Source: Candidatus Woesearchaeota archaeon
GTDB taxonomy: Archaea; Nanobdellota; Nanobdellia; Woesearchaeales; JAFGLG01
Assembly (NCBI GenBank): GCA_016928155.1
Contig: JAFGLG010000017.1
Span: forward strand, 4,134 to 68,133
DNA: 64,000 nucleotides
Direction of reading: 5' to 3'
In this document: piece by piece, positions 48,065 through 57,211 of the stretch
How positions within the stretch are numbered: position 1 is the stretch's first letter
Layout: every line of letters begins with the position of its first letter
Program-made: the position numbers and the translations under genes
The notes under the pieces: generated by a model
Told to the model about the DNA's origin: nothing
The model's input: only the letters and a program-made list of their open reading frames with translations
The model's database searches: none

Positions 48065-50662
48065 TCAGACTAGTGATTGACTTGGATTTCTAATTAGATA
48101 TTGTTGCAACCAGTAGTCTTTCATTTTTGTTTTTATCAATTCCTTCGCTTCATTTTGTTTACTCGGATCAAGCTGCCATATGTTGATTGTTCTCTGCTGG
48201 TTATTGACAGAAGTTAATGCTGTTGTTCCAAGTTCAGTTCCGACCTTCTTGGCCACTGCTTGCCAGCATGCATCATCACACCATGACTCTCCTGACACCG
48301 GAATGTCTGAGTATGTTCTTTTCCACTCAGTCCCTTCTCTATGATACCATCTTGTTGGAGCCCCCTGTCCTCGCTCAAATTCTCCAAACCTCAGATCATC
48401 TCTGTGTTCATATTCATCTGCTTTTTCAGTCAAATCTGAACGTAATACAGCCGGACCTTCAAGAGTTGTAGTATCTGAATTAGATGCTGGTTGCACATCA
48501 GACGCAAAGGGTGGCAAATCACTTAATAAAGGATTTTGCAGATATTGCCGTCCAGAAATAGGGTCGAATAGTGTGGGTTGGTAGAACGGTTTGTTGCTGA
48601 ATAAATTTCTTGCATCAAATCTTACTCCATCATCCACTTGTTCATCCGCTTGTTTAGTAGCCTCATGAATTTTATTTGCAGCTTCATCTGTTGCTCCAGA
48701 TAGATCCTTTGTTGTTATGGTCTTTAGTTTATGGTCTTGTCCTACTACTCCTTGCTTTTGTTTGCCCCAAAAAGATTCTGCAATCTTTATTTCCTCACCG
48801 ATGAATATCAGGTTTTTTCCGCTAAGTGTACTGTCACTTGCAAGCTCTATGCATCTTCCTTCAATATGCGGGTTCATCTCCATCAAATCCTGGACAGTAC
48901 GTCCATAAAGGTCAGCGATCTTCTGCAATGTATCTCCCTTTTTTACCTCAACATACCCCCTTTCAAAGGCATCGTCAGTATCATCACCAGTCTGCTGTGG
49001 AACTACCGCTTCAATATGATCCGAACCCACAAGGGCATTGGATGTTTGTTGTGCCTGAGGTTGAAGGATAAGTGGTACTGTTGTATCTTGGTTGTGGGCT
49101 GTGTCATCCAAAATTTTGACAGATGGTGCATTTTTCTCAGTAACTATTACAACTTTTGGAGTTTCAACCGTGGTTGTAGAATCGCCTTGATTTGTTGGAT
49201 TAGCCACAGGTATTTCTCGTGTAACAGATGAATCTGATATTGGATTCTTTAATTCTGAAACTTTGCCTATATCATTTTGGGTATGTATACACTTACCATA
49301 ATTGATATTATATGTAACACTATAATCAAAAAAAATTTGGGGCCCTTGTATACTAAATTTGGATTGTGGGGTTTGTGTTTCATCATAATTAATAAAAATA
49401 TCAGATTCGATATTTGGAGAATCACCAACTTTTATCCGTAGAGGCCTACGGTTATCATCACCTGCAAGTAAATCACTTCTTGACAAAGTGATCAAGTTAT
49501 AAGGGACACCATTTTCAACATAATTGACCATACTAGTATCACTAACAGAGGGGAATATTATTTGTTCAACTTTATTATCCTGAAATGAGAGCTCATGTTC
49601 GGAATAAACGTTATAATGACCATCTTTATAGGGAAAATTGGATCTTTGACCACTTATACTATTAGGTTTCCCATCATGAAAAGCTAATCTTGCCATTCCA
49701 AGTGTGATAATGCCTGTATCACCATACTCGCACTTAACATTTAAATTTGGATCATCACTTCCTACAGAAATACGATTAATAGCAACATAATCGTCGTGAA
49801 GGTTGATCCTAAAAGGGCCCACAAATTCCTCGCTCTGGGTTGTAGGTAGGGGCCAAGATGTATCTGAAGTTGTATCTTTGGAAATGGCAATATCAAAGTC
49901 TTTATAATGTAAAATACCTGATTTTATAGATGAAACATAATAACTATTTTCTTTTCTACTAAATCTTACAGCTTCCCCGCTATGGACAGTATAAGTCAAA
50001 TCTCCCAATGTAATAACTCTACCTGAGCTTTCCAAATTCTTCAAACTAGAAATAATTACAGATTTAGAGGGGTCTACACTTATGGTGCTGCCGACAAGAT
50101 CGCCTGAAACTTTGACACCATCAATACTTAATTCTTCATTATTATATTCCACTGAAACCTCCTTCACACCAGAATAAGAAAAAAGAACATCTTTATCATT
50201 ATAGGTAATTTTTTCTGATCCACCAGTATTCGAAAATTGGACATTTGAGATAACTAAGATGCTATTTTTATTAGTTATGCGAAACTTATTATTTCCAATA
50301 GCTGAGACTGACTCTGCTTTCACTTTATTCAGATCAAGCGTGTTCTTCCCGTTTGTCACAACCCCATTTTGGACTGTGACTGAGCTCGCTCCATCAAGTT
50401 TCAGGGGCATCCCATTGTATTTTGCATTTGTTTTCAGTACTACTTGATTGTTTCCGAAACTACTGAGTTCTGGTTCCCCGCCAGTCACTGTAAAGACATT
50501 ATCAGCAAATGTTCCGCTTAATCCTTTGCATACATCAGATGAAGCCCTGGTTTCACATTCTGTTTGAAAAACCTGCTCCTCGTCTGTTTCCTCAACAGGT
50601 GGATCTTGAGCAACCACTCCAGCTACCAAGAGCAAAAGGACCAGCAGTATTATCTTCTTCAT
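48065..50662 (-). CDS. Large secreted protein with LysM domain (865 aa)
   Basis: Signal peptide, VEVKKGDTLQKIADLYGRTVQDLMEMNPHI...LIFIGEEIKI. Confidence 0.85.
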   Translation of the reverse strand: MKKIILLVLLLLVAGVVAQDPPVEETDEEQVFQTECETRASSDVCKGLSGTFADNVFTVTGGEPELSSFGNNQVVLKTNAKYNGMPLKLDGASSVTVQNGVVTNGKNTLDLNKVKAESVSAIGNNKFRITNKNSILVISNVQFSNTGGSEKITYNDKDVLFSYSGVKEVSVEYNNEELSIDGVKVSGDLVGSTISVDPSKSVIISSLKNLESSGRVITLGDLTYTVHSGEAVRFSRKENSYYVSSIKSGILHYKDFDIAISKDTTSDTSWPLPTTQSEEFVGPFRINLHDDYVAINRISVGSDDPNLNVKCEYGDTGIITLGMARLAFHDGKPNSISGQRSNFPYKDGHYNVYSEHELSFQDNKVEQIIFPSVSDTSMVNYVENGVPYNLITLSRSDLLAGDDNRRPLRIKVGDSPNIESDIFINYDETQTPQSKFSIQGPQIFFDYSVTYNINYGKCIHTQNDIGKVSELKNPISDSSVTREIPVANPTNQGDSTTTVETPKVVIVTEKNAPSVKILDDTAHNQDTTVPLILQPQAQQTSNALVGSDHIEAVVPQQTGDDTDDAFERGYVEVKKGDTLQKIADLYGRTVQDLMEMNPHIEGRCIELASDSTLSGKNLIFIGEEIKIAESFWGKQKQGVVGQDHKLKTITTKDLSGATDEAANKIHEATKQADEQVDDGVRFDARNLFSNKPFYQPTLFDPISGRQYLQNPLLSDLPPFASDVQPASNSDTTTLEGPAVLRSDLTEKADEYEHRDDLRFGEFERGQGAPTRWYHREGTEWKRTYSDIPVSGESWCDDACWQAVAKKVGTELGTTALTSVNNQQRTINIWQLDPSKQNEAKELIKTKMKDYWLQQYLIRNPSQSLV

Positions 50663-51684
50663 CTTGTCACCGTGAATTTTATCATTTTCCAGTTTGTTGC
50701 ATTGAGTTCATCAACAACTGACAGGTTCACATCATACACACCTGTGACAGTTGGCGTGAAATTGATGAATCCTGAGTATCTTCCCACTGGCAGTGCTGGA
50801 TTGTCTGAAAAGAACTCGAAAGAGTCATAGTCTGCGTCAAAGCTTTCTATCTCATAGTAGAACGTCTCATTCACCTTTGCTTCCATGTCCTCGATGGGTA
50901 ATGTGGGCGGGTTGTTCATTGGGCTTGTCTTTGTCGAAAACAGGAACATGTAAGGCACCCCTCCGTCACTCAGTAGGCTCTTGTCCTGCACTACATATGT
51001 CACGATTGTCCCGTATGACAGCGTGTCTATCTGGAGGTCATGCTTTGCAGACATTTCTAATATTGTAGAGGTGGGGGTGTATCTTGGATCCTTTATGACC
51101 TCAAGGACTATTTCCTTCGCTGCATCTATTATGTTTAGCATCCTGGCTTGTTGAACATATTCGAATTCCTCATAGCTCTTCACAGCATCCCCTTTCTTTA
51201 TTTCAAGAGGATATCTTATCTTGAATATGATGTTCTTAATCCCGACTTCAACATCGGCTGTGACATTTGGCTCATTGAATGAGTATCCCATCATCTTGTA
51301 GTTCCTGAAGCCCTGCAGGCAATAAGGGAATGCCTCTTCGATTGCCTCTGATAGTTCGCGCTCAAGGTCTGTCTTATTCACCAGTCCGACATATCCCTCA
51401 AAATAGAAATAGGGTATATCTGAATATATTGATTTGAAATGCAGCGGGGGCAGGGTATAATATCCTCCTTTAAGCCCCATAGAGAAGAATTGCGTCTCAG
51501 CAACATCCTCGACGCATTTCTGTGTGAGCATCCTTATCTGCTCGAAGTCTGTCACCCTTGCCTGCTCCACTGTCATCTCAATCTCTCCCTTGTGTCTCAG
51601 GGCTGTCATGTAGATGACCAGGCTCACTATCATCAGGATTACTATGCCGAGAACTATGAATACTGTGACCTGGCCTCTTTTCAT
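50659..51684 (-). CDS. Class III signal-peptide (pilin-like) protein, paralog of 45445..46470
   Basis: Same length (341 aa), MKRG/QVTVFIVLG, aligns colinearly with the paralog. Confidence 0.8.
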   Translation of the reverse strand: MKRGQVTVFIVLGIVILMIVSLVIYMTALRHKGEIEMTVEQARVTDFEQIRMLTQKCVEDVAETQFFSMGLKGGYYTLPPLHFKSIYSDIPYFYFEGYVGLVNKTDLERELSEAIEEAFPYCLQGFRNYKMMGYSFNEPNVTADVEVGIKNIIFKIRYPLEIKKGDAVKSYEEFEYVQQARMLNIIDAAKEIVLEVIKDPRYTPTSTILEMSAKHDLQIDTLSYGTIVTYVVQDKSLLSDGGVPYMFLFSTKTSPMNNPPTLPIEDMEAKVNETFYYEIESFDADYDSFEFFSDNPALPVGRYSGFINFTPTVTGVYDVNLSVVDELNATNWKMIKFTVTR

Positions 51685-51748
51685 CAGATATGCTAATCAG
51701 AAATGTATTTATAAATTTTATGTAATATCATATATTAATAGCCATCAT
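51641..51748. repeat. 108-bp repeat, copy 2
   Basis: 107/108 identical to 46427-46534. Confidence 0.95.
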
Positions 51749-51834
51749 TTTGCCCAGCAGACTCCATATGACATATATTTCGTTATATTTAAATATAGGT
51801 TTACTGATGAAAACCTCAAACAGGGGGTGTTGAA

Positions 51835-52383
51835 ATGTCAACTTTATGGATTGTGCTTATCATTGCTGCAGTGATCATCCTTTATGTGATCTATGTCTTC
51901 AACAGCATGATAACTCTGAAGAACCGTGTCCAGAATTCTTGGGGCCAGATCGATGTGCAATTGAAGAGAAGATATGACCTGATCCCGAACTTGGTCGAGA
52001 CTGTCAAGGGCTATGCCAAGCATGAGAAAGAGACTCTTGACATGGTCACAAAGGCCAGGGCAGGATTGATGAAAGGTGGCATGCAGGAAAGAGCAAAGGC
52101 CTCTGACATGATAACTAATGCCTTGAAGTCCTTGTTCGCTGTCGCTGAGTCTTATCCTGACCTGAAGGCCAATCAGAACTTCCTGATGCTTCAGGAGGAA
52201 TTAGCAGGCACTGAGTCCAAGATCGCTTATGCCAGGCAGTTCTATAATGATATGGTGATGAAGTTCAACACAAAGCTTGAGAAGTTCCCTACGAACATGG
52301 TCGGCAAGATGCTCAACTTCGCATCCAAGGAATATTTCAAGACAGAGGGTGTTGAGCGGGAAGCTGTCAAGGTCAAGTTTTGA
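51835..52383 (+). CDS. lemA: LemA family protein
   Basis: IDVQLKRRYDLIPNLVETVKGYAKHE, AESYPDLKANQNF. Confidence 0.95.
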   Translation: MSTLWIVLIIAAVIILYVIYVFNSMITLKNRVQNSWGQIDVQLKRRYDLIPNLVETVKGYAKHEKETLDMVTKARAGLMKGGMQERAKASDMITNALKSLFAVAESYPDLKANQNFLMLQEELAGTESKIAYARQFYNDMVMKFNTKLEKFPTNMVGKMLNFASKEYFKTEGVEREAVKVKF

Positions 52384-52396
52384 TTAAGGAATCAAG

Positions 52397-53284
52397 ATGT
52401 ATGAGGCAATTTCAGCCAACAAGAGGAACTCAGTCATCCTGATAATCCTCTTCATTCTTTTTATTTCTGCTCTTGGTTATTTCTTCGGGATATATATCGG
52501 CGATATATACATCGGCGTCTTCATCGCTGCCTTCATCTCCATAATCTATGCAGTGATAATGTATTTCACAGGCGACAGGATGATCCTTACCCTGTCAAGG
52601 GCAAAGCCTGTGACAAAGCAGGAATATCCTCATCTCTTCCACACAGTGGAAGGTCTTGCAATTGCTGCAGGCATCCCGACCCCCAAGCTCTACATCATCG
52701 ATGATACTGCAATCAATGCCTTTGCGACTGGCCGGAGCCCTGAGCATGCTGCCATTACAGTCACAAAAGGATGCATAGACAAGCTCAACAGGACTGAGCT
52801 TGAAGGGGTCATTGCTCATGAGATGTCCCATATCAAGAATTATGATATCAGGATCATGATGCTTACTGTCATCATGGTCGGCATTGCCTTGCTCCTCTCA
52901 GATTTCATCCTGCGCTCTTTCCTGTGGGGCGGTGGCAGGAAACGCGAGTCCGGAGGTTCTGCTGGTGCTATCCTTATCGTGCTTGGCCTTGTGCTTGCAC
53001 TCCTCACACCATTGATTGCTGAGCTCATGAAGCTTGCCATATCAAGAAAGAGAGAATATTTGGCAGATGCTGACGGCGCTTTATTGACAAGATACCCGCC
53101 AGGCCTGGCCGATGCCCTGAAGAAGATCAGGGATGACAATGAGCCATTGGTGGAAGCTGCAAATAAGGCGACAGCCCATCTTTTCATCGAGAATCCTCTG
53201 AAGAAAAAGAAAGGTAAAGTGAAATCTTTGTTCTCCACTCATCCTGACATCAATGACAGGATAAAGAGATTGGAAGCGATGTAA
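52397..53284 (+). CDS. htpX: HtpX-like M48 zinc metalloprotease
   Basis: NAFATG, HEMSH, SRKREYLAD, FSTHP. Confidence 0.93.
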   Translation: MYEAISANKRNSVILIILFILFISALGYFFGIYIGDIYIGVFIAAFISIIYAVIMYFTGDRMILTLSRAKPVTKQEYPHLFHTVEGLAIAAGIPTPKLYIIDDTAINAFATGRSPEHAAITVTKGCIDKLNRTELEGVIAHEMSHIKNYDIRIMMLTVIMVGIALLLSDFILRSFLWGGGRKRESGGSAGAILIVLGLVLALLTPLIAELMKLAISRKREYLADADGALLTRYPPGLADALKKIRDDNEPLVEAANKATAHLFIENPLKKKKGKVKSLFSTHPDINDRIKRLEAM

Positions 53285-53285
53285 G

Positions 53286-53494
53286 TTATTCAATTACCTC
53301 TGTGACTACTCCAGCCCCTACTGTCCTGCCACCTTCTCTTATTGCGAATTGACCCACTGCATTGCCCTGCTCGTCTACCAGAATCACTTCTTCAGTCTCC
53401 TCGGCAAATGTTCCACTATAGTGAGGCAGACTATTGCAACTATAGCGATGATTGACACGAAGGTTATGAAAAGATTATCATTAATTTTGAACAC
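53286..53494 (-). pseudogene. Frameshifted small membrane-anchored protein whose tail resembles the bacterial EF-Tu C-terminus
   Basis: Frame A (GTG 53494): MFKINDNLFITFVSIIAIVAIVCLT...; shifted frame: GTFAEETEEVILVDEQGNAVGQFAIREGGRTVGAGVVTEVIE*. Confidence 0.6.
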
Positions 53495-53966
53495 CCGATT
53501 TATAATCAAATTTAGTTTCGATATTAGTAATTGGCTTCTTTGCCGTCAACCCAGCCAGATTCTCTTCCTCAACACCAGCTTCTCTGGGATATGTAAGCTC
53601 TAGCTTGTCCACGATTATGTATATCCCGATGCTGTCCGGAAGGTTGTCTGAAAGATGCTGGTGCGCAACAACCATCAGCTCTGGAGAGACTGCTGCATGA
53701 TAGAATGTGACTTTTATCTTGCCATTGCTAACTGATGAGACGACTGATGGATTGCTGACTCCTGCTTTGCTTAGCGCAGCCAGTCCTGTCTCTTTCATCA
53801 TCTGCTCTGTTTCATAGAGGCCGCCTGCAGTTGCCTGCCCTGATAGGTCTGCACCGATGATTGGCGCCCTGACTTTCTGGACAATCATGACAAGTGCCAC
53901 AATGCTTACTATGACAAGTATTGCTAGCATTGCTCCTTTTTGGGAAGTATCATTCTTTTTTTCCAT
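53481..53966 (-). CDS. Small membrane-anchored protein (DLSGQ leader family)
   Basis: SD AGGTGGT, single TM, ADLSGQ and a second ENLAG motif. Confidence 0.75.
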   Translation of the reverse strand: MEKKNDTSQKGAMLAILVIVSIVALVMIVQKVRAPIIGADLSGQATAGGLYETEQMMKETGLAALSKAGVSNPSVVSSVSNGKIKVTFYHAAVSPELMVVAHQHLSDNLPDSIGIYIIVDKLELTYPREAGVEEENLAGLTAKKPITNIETKFDYKSGVQN

Positions 53967-54438
53967 ATGACCACCTTTTTATGAACATCTGTCGCTTTAT
54001 GTTTTAAATGTTTTACTATGGACAATTTATTTATTTTCTATATAAACAATAATTAACAAATATATATAAATTATCACTATTAAGTGACAAAAATAAGAAA
54101 GGTTTATATACTCAGACATCTTAAGATAGGATACGAAAAGCAACAGAAAAGGAGGTCAGAAAATGCTACAGAACCTGAGAAATTCCTGCACGAGCAGAAG
54201 AAGAAAGAGATGAACAAGGATGTCTTCATCAAGAGCACTGTTCTGACCAGTCAAGGCATTAATCTTGAGCAGTCAAGAGCCCACTGAAAATGAAGAAAGA
54301 CAAGAATCCAGAGATGAAGCTGACAGTGATCATATCCTCATCTTACACTCCAAGATATGAAAAGATCTCAAAAGAGTATATACATGATTATATTATATAA
54401 CCATAACAATTTAATATTTACTCTGTTCTCAAGAATAC

Positions 54439-55440
54439 ATGAAGTATATAAGATGGTTCAGGGATCTGGGAAAAAGCGACATCCCGACAGTTGGCGGAAA
54501 AGGCGCTAACCTCGGTGAGATGTTCAATGTTGGCCTGCCGATACCTGATGGTTTCTGCGTGACAGCCCAGGCTTATGAAGAATTCATCCAGAAGAACAAT
54601 CTCGCTCCTGAGATGACATCGATTCTCAGTTCCTTGGATGTCGAGGATACTGAGAAGCTTCAGCAGGCTTCGGCTAAGATAGAGAAGCTCATTCTCTCAA
54701 AGCAAATTCCGGATGATATGAAAGATGATATCATCAGGTCTTACAGAAACCTTGGAGGATTTGTCGCTGTAAGAAGCAGCGCAACTGCAGAAGACCTGCC
54801 GACTGCTTCTTTTGCAGGCCAGCAGGCCACTTTCCTAAATATAAAGGGCAATGAAGAAGTCATCAAAGCTGTCAGGGAGTGCTGGGCATCTCTGTTCACT
54901 GCAAGAGCGATTTATTATAGGGACAAGAACAATTTTGACCACATGAAAGTCCTTATCTCAGTCGTCATCCAGAAGATGGTCAACTCAGACAAGGCTGGCG
55001 TGATGTTCTCAGTCAATCCGGTCACTAATGATGACAGAGAGATCATCATCGAAGGCAGCTATGGATTGGGTGAGGCTGTTGTCTCTGGCTCTGTCAATCC
55101 TGACTCTTATATTATTAACAAGTCCAGCGGCAAGGTCACGAGCGAGAACATAGCATCTAAGACTTGGGGTTATTTCAAGGATCAGAATGGAGCAACAATA
55201 AAGAAAGATATCCCTGAATTTGATCAAGAAAAAAGGCTATTGTCAGATTCTGAGCTCAAGCAGCTGCTCGATTATGCCCTTCTTGTCGAGAAGCATTATG
55301 ATTTCCCGCAGGACATGGAGTGGGCCATCGAAGGTGATAAGGTATTCCTCACCCAGGCAAGGCCTGTCACGACCTTCAAGCCCAAGAAAGACCAGCCGAA
55401 GATAGACAACCCGCAGAAGAAGCCAAGGCTGGATCTGTAG
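54439..55440 (+). CDS. Stand-alone PEP synthase/PPDK N-terminal (ATP-grasp) domain
   Basis: GGKGANLGEM, AVRSSATAED, SFAGQQ, DMEWA, QARPVTT; no phospho-His or PEP-binding domain follows. Confidence 0.85.
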   Translation: MKYIRWFRDLGKSDIPTVGGKGANLGEMFNVGLPIPDGFCVTAQAYEEFIQKNNLAPEMTSILSSLDVEDTEKLQQASAKIEKLILSKQIPDDMKDDIIRSYRNLGGFVAVRSSATAEDLPTASFAGQQATFLNIKGNEEVIKAVRECWASLFTARAIYYRDKNNFDHMKVLISVVIQKMVNSDKAGVMFSVNPVTNDDREIIIEGSYGLGEAVVSGSVNPDSYIINKSSGKVTSENIASKTWGYFKDQNGATIKKDIPEFDQEKRLLSDSELKQLLDYALLVEKHYDFPQDMEWAIEGDKVFLTQARPVTTFKPKKDQPKIDNPQKKPRLDL

Positions 55441-55491
55441 TCAGATTTCTTTTGAGAAACATTTAAATAACTTAAGCAGTAATTTATTACT

Positions 55492-55887
55492 ATGAATAAT
55501 CCTGATTTGCAGGAAGTTATTAGGAATAGTCCGGTGGTTATACACCCTGGACGTTATGCTTATTTACAGGGTAAAGAAACCACTATCAAAGAACATTTCT
55601 TAATCTGTAAAGATGATGATGAAATCACCATAGTGACAGAAGAGGCTAACATTGGTGGAACTGACTATGTTAAGGATGTAAAATGGTTCAAACTTTTTGA
55701 ATTCAAAGTATCAATCCCCTTTCTAGCACCTGGATTTCTTGCAAAAATATCTTCTGCAGTTGCAGAAAATAATATCAATATATTGTTCGTATCAACTTTC
55801 TCTAAAGATTATGCCCTCTTTAAAGAGGAGGATTATAAAAACGCCATGACAATACTGCAAAAGGTTGGATTTTCATTCATTGAATAG
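55492..55887 (+). CDS. ACT-domain protein
   Basis: EITIV, PGFLAKISSAVAENNI..VSTFSKDY; AT-richer than neighbours. Confidence 0.8.
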   Translation: MNNPDLQEVIRNSPVVIHPGRYAYLQGKETTIKEHFLICKDDDEITIVTEEANIGGTDYVKDVKWFKLFEFKVSIPFLAPGFLAKISSAVAENNINILFVSTFSKDYALFKEEDYKNAMTILQKVGFSFIE

Positions 55888-55891
55888 GTAT

Positions 55892-57115
55892 TCACTTCAG
55901 CATATGATCGGCTTCTTCCTTGTCCAGGTCAAAATAATCAGCAAATGATGTTAAGAATTCTTTGTCTTTTCTCTTTGACCTCATCATGCTGCGGACAAAT
56001 GGATATATCTCCTGCAGCGCATCCTTTGTGCCTGTATGGCACTTTTCGCCGATCTTGCCTGATATGGCTTTCTTCTTGAGGTTCTTCTGTTTTGCTATCC
56101 ATAACTTGAGTATCCTCTGTGTCGGCCCGTAGCTGACTTGGTCTTTGTATTTCTCTTGCTTGCTCACAGCAACTCCTGAACTCAGGAATGAATTGATATA
56201 CACAAGGAACCTCCAGTGCTGCCATCTTCTTATCCTCCCCCTGAAAACATCTGCCTGGCTGACGAAATCATATGCTGCTGCGAGGTCATCAGCCCTGGTG
56301 TATTCTTTTGGCAGGTTCTCATCGACCCAGAAGAATATCTTGTCCAGATCCTCATCAAGATTGTCAAATGCGTGGTTTGTCACTTTGAGGTCCTTGCTCT
56401 TGAACACTTTTACAAGTGCATTGTTGATCGTCTCTACCTTCTCTCTCTGCGAGAGCGTGTCAACCTCATCCATGCCTATCTTTCCATGCATCTGGTACAA
56501 TGTCTGCAGGTCATTTATTGCTGCCCTTGCATCCCCGCCAGCACGTCGCGCCAATGATTTAAGTGCATGGTCATCATAAGCTACTTTCTCTTCTTTCGCT
56601 ATCCTCTCGAGTATCAGGGATATCTCTTTATACCCCAGGTCAGCGAACTCGACAAGCATGCATTTCTTCCTGAGTGTGCTGAATTTCTGGTCCCAGATGT
56701 TGTTCGCAGACAATATCATCGGGAATTTTGTCTCGGCTATCAGGTCAGTTATAGCACTCAGCCCGCCCCTGTCCTCCCTGCCTGCAACGCCGTCGACTTC
56801 ATCCACGAATATTATCTTCCCTGAGCTGAACAGGCTCATCTGCTTTACAGCATTGCCCAGCACGCTCTCTATCTGGTCTTTGTTCCTGAAGTCTGATGCA
56901 TTGACCTCTATTAACTCAAGATCCATCTCAGATGCAAGTGCATATACCGAGCTCGTCTTCCCGCATCCTGTCGGTCCGTGGATGAGGACTGCCTTCTTCT
57001 GTTTCCTGTGGATCTTCACGAATTCCCCGAGTGTCTTGATGGCTCCCTCTTGCCCGATGACATCCTTGGGCTTCCTTGGTTCATATTTCTTGATCCATGG
57101 TGTTGTGCTTTTCAT
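55892..57115 (-). CDS. rfcL: Replication factor C large subunit
   Basis: PWIKKYEP, GPTGCGKT, EVNASDFR, DEVDG, GDARAAINDLQ, WVDEN. Confidence 0.93.
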   Translation of the reverse strand: MKSTTPWIKKYEPRKPKDVIGQEGAIKTLGEFVKIHRKQKKAVLIHGPTGCGKTSSVYALASEMDLELIEVNASDFRNKDQIESVLGNAVKQMSLFSSGKIIFVDEVDGVAGREDRGGLSAITDLIAETKFPMILSANNIWDQKFSTLRKKCMLVEFADLGYKEISLILERIAKEEKVAYDDHALKSLARRAGGDARAAINDLQTLYQMHGKIGMDEVDTLSQREKVETINNALVKVFKSKDLKVTNHAFDNLDEDLDKIFFWVDENLPKEYTRADDLAAAYDFVSQADVFRGRIRRWQHWRFLVYINSFLSSGVAVSKQEKYKDQVSYGPTQRILKLWIAKQKNLKKKAISGKIGEKCHTGTKDALQEIYPFVRSMMRSKRKDKEFLTSFADYFDLDKEEADHMLK

Positions 57116-57211
57116 TGCTTAATCCATTTCCAGCTTGGTTTATTAATTTGACGCGAATATGGCCAGTGCATTCAAAAGATTTAAAAAAGCCCCATATTTC
57201 ACAATTCATTC

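Noticed and set aside
42692-50662. Classical polymorphic toxin-immunity locus
   Set aside because: No recognisable toxin motif at the C-termini, which look weakly similar to each other, and no small immunity gene directly downstream.
41432-51748. Diversity-generating retroelement explanation for the repeats
   Set aside because: No reverse transcriptase is present, and the repeat pairs lack adenine-specific mismatches.
54084-54360. Short ORF fragments upstream of the PEP synthase domain
   Set aside because: Possibly a decayed gene, but no recognisable motif supports a call.
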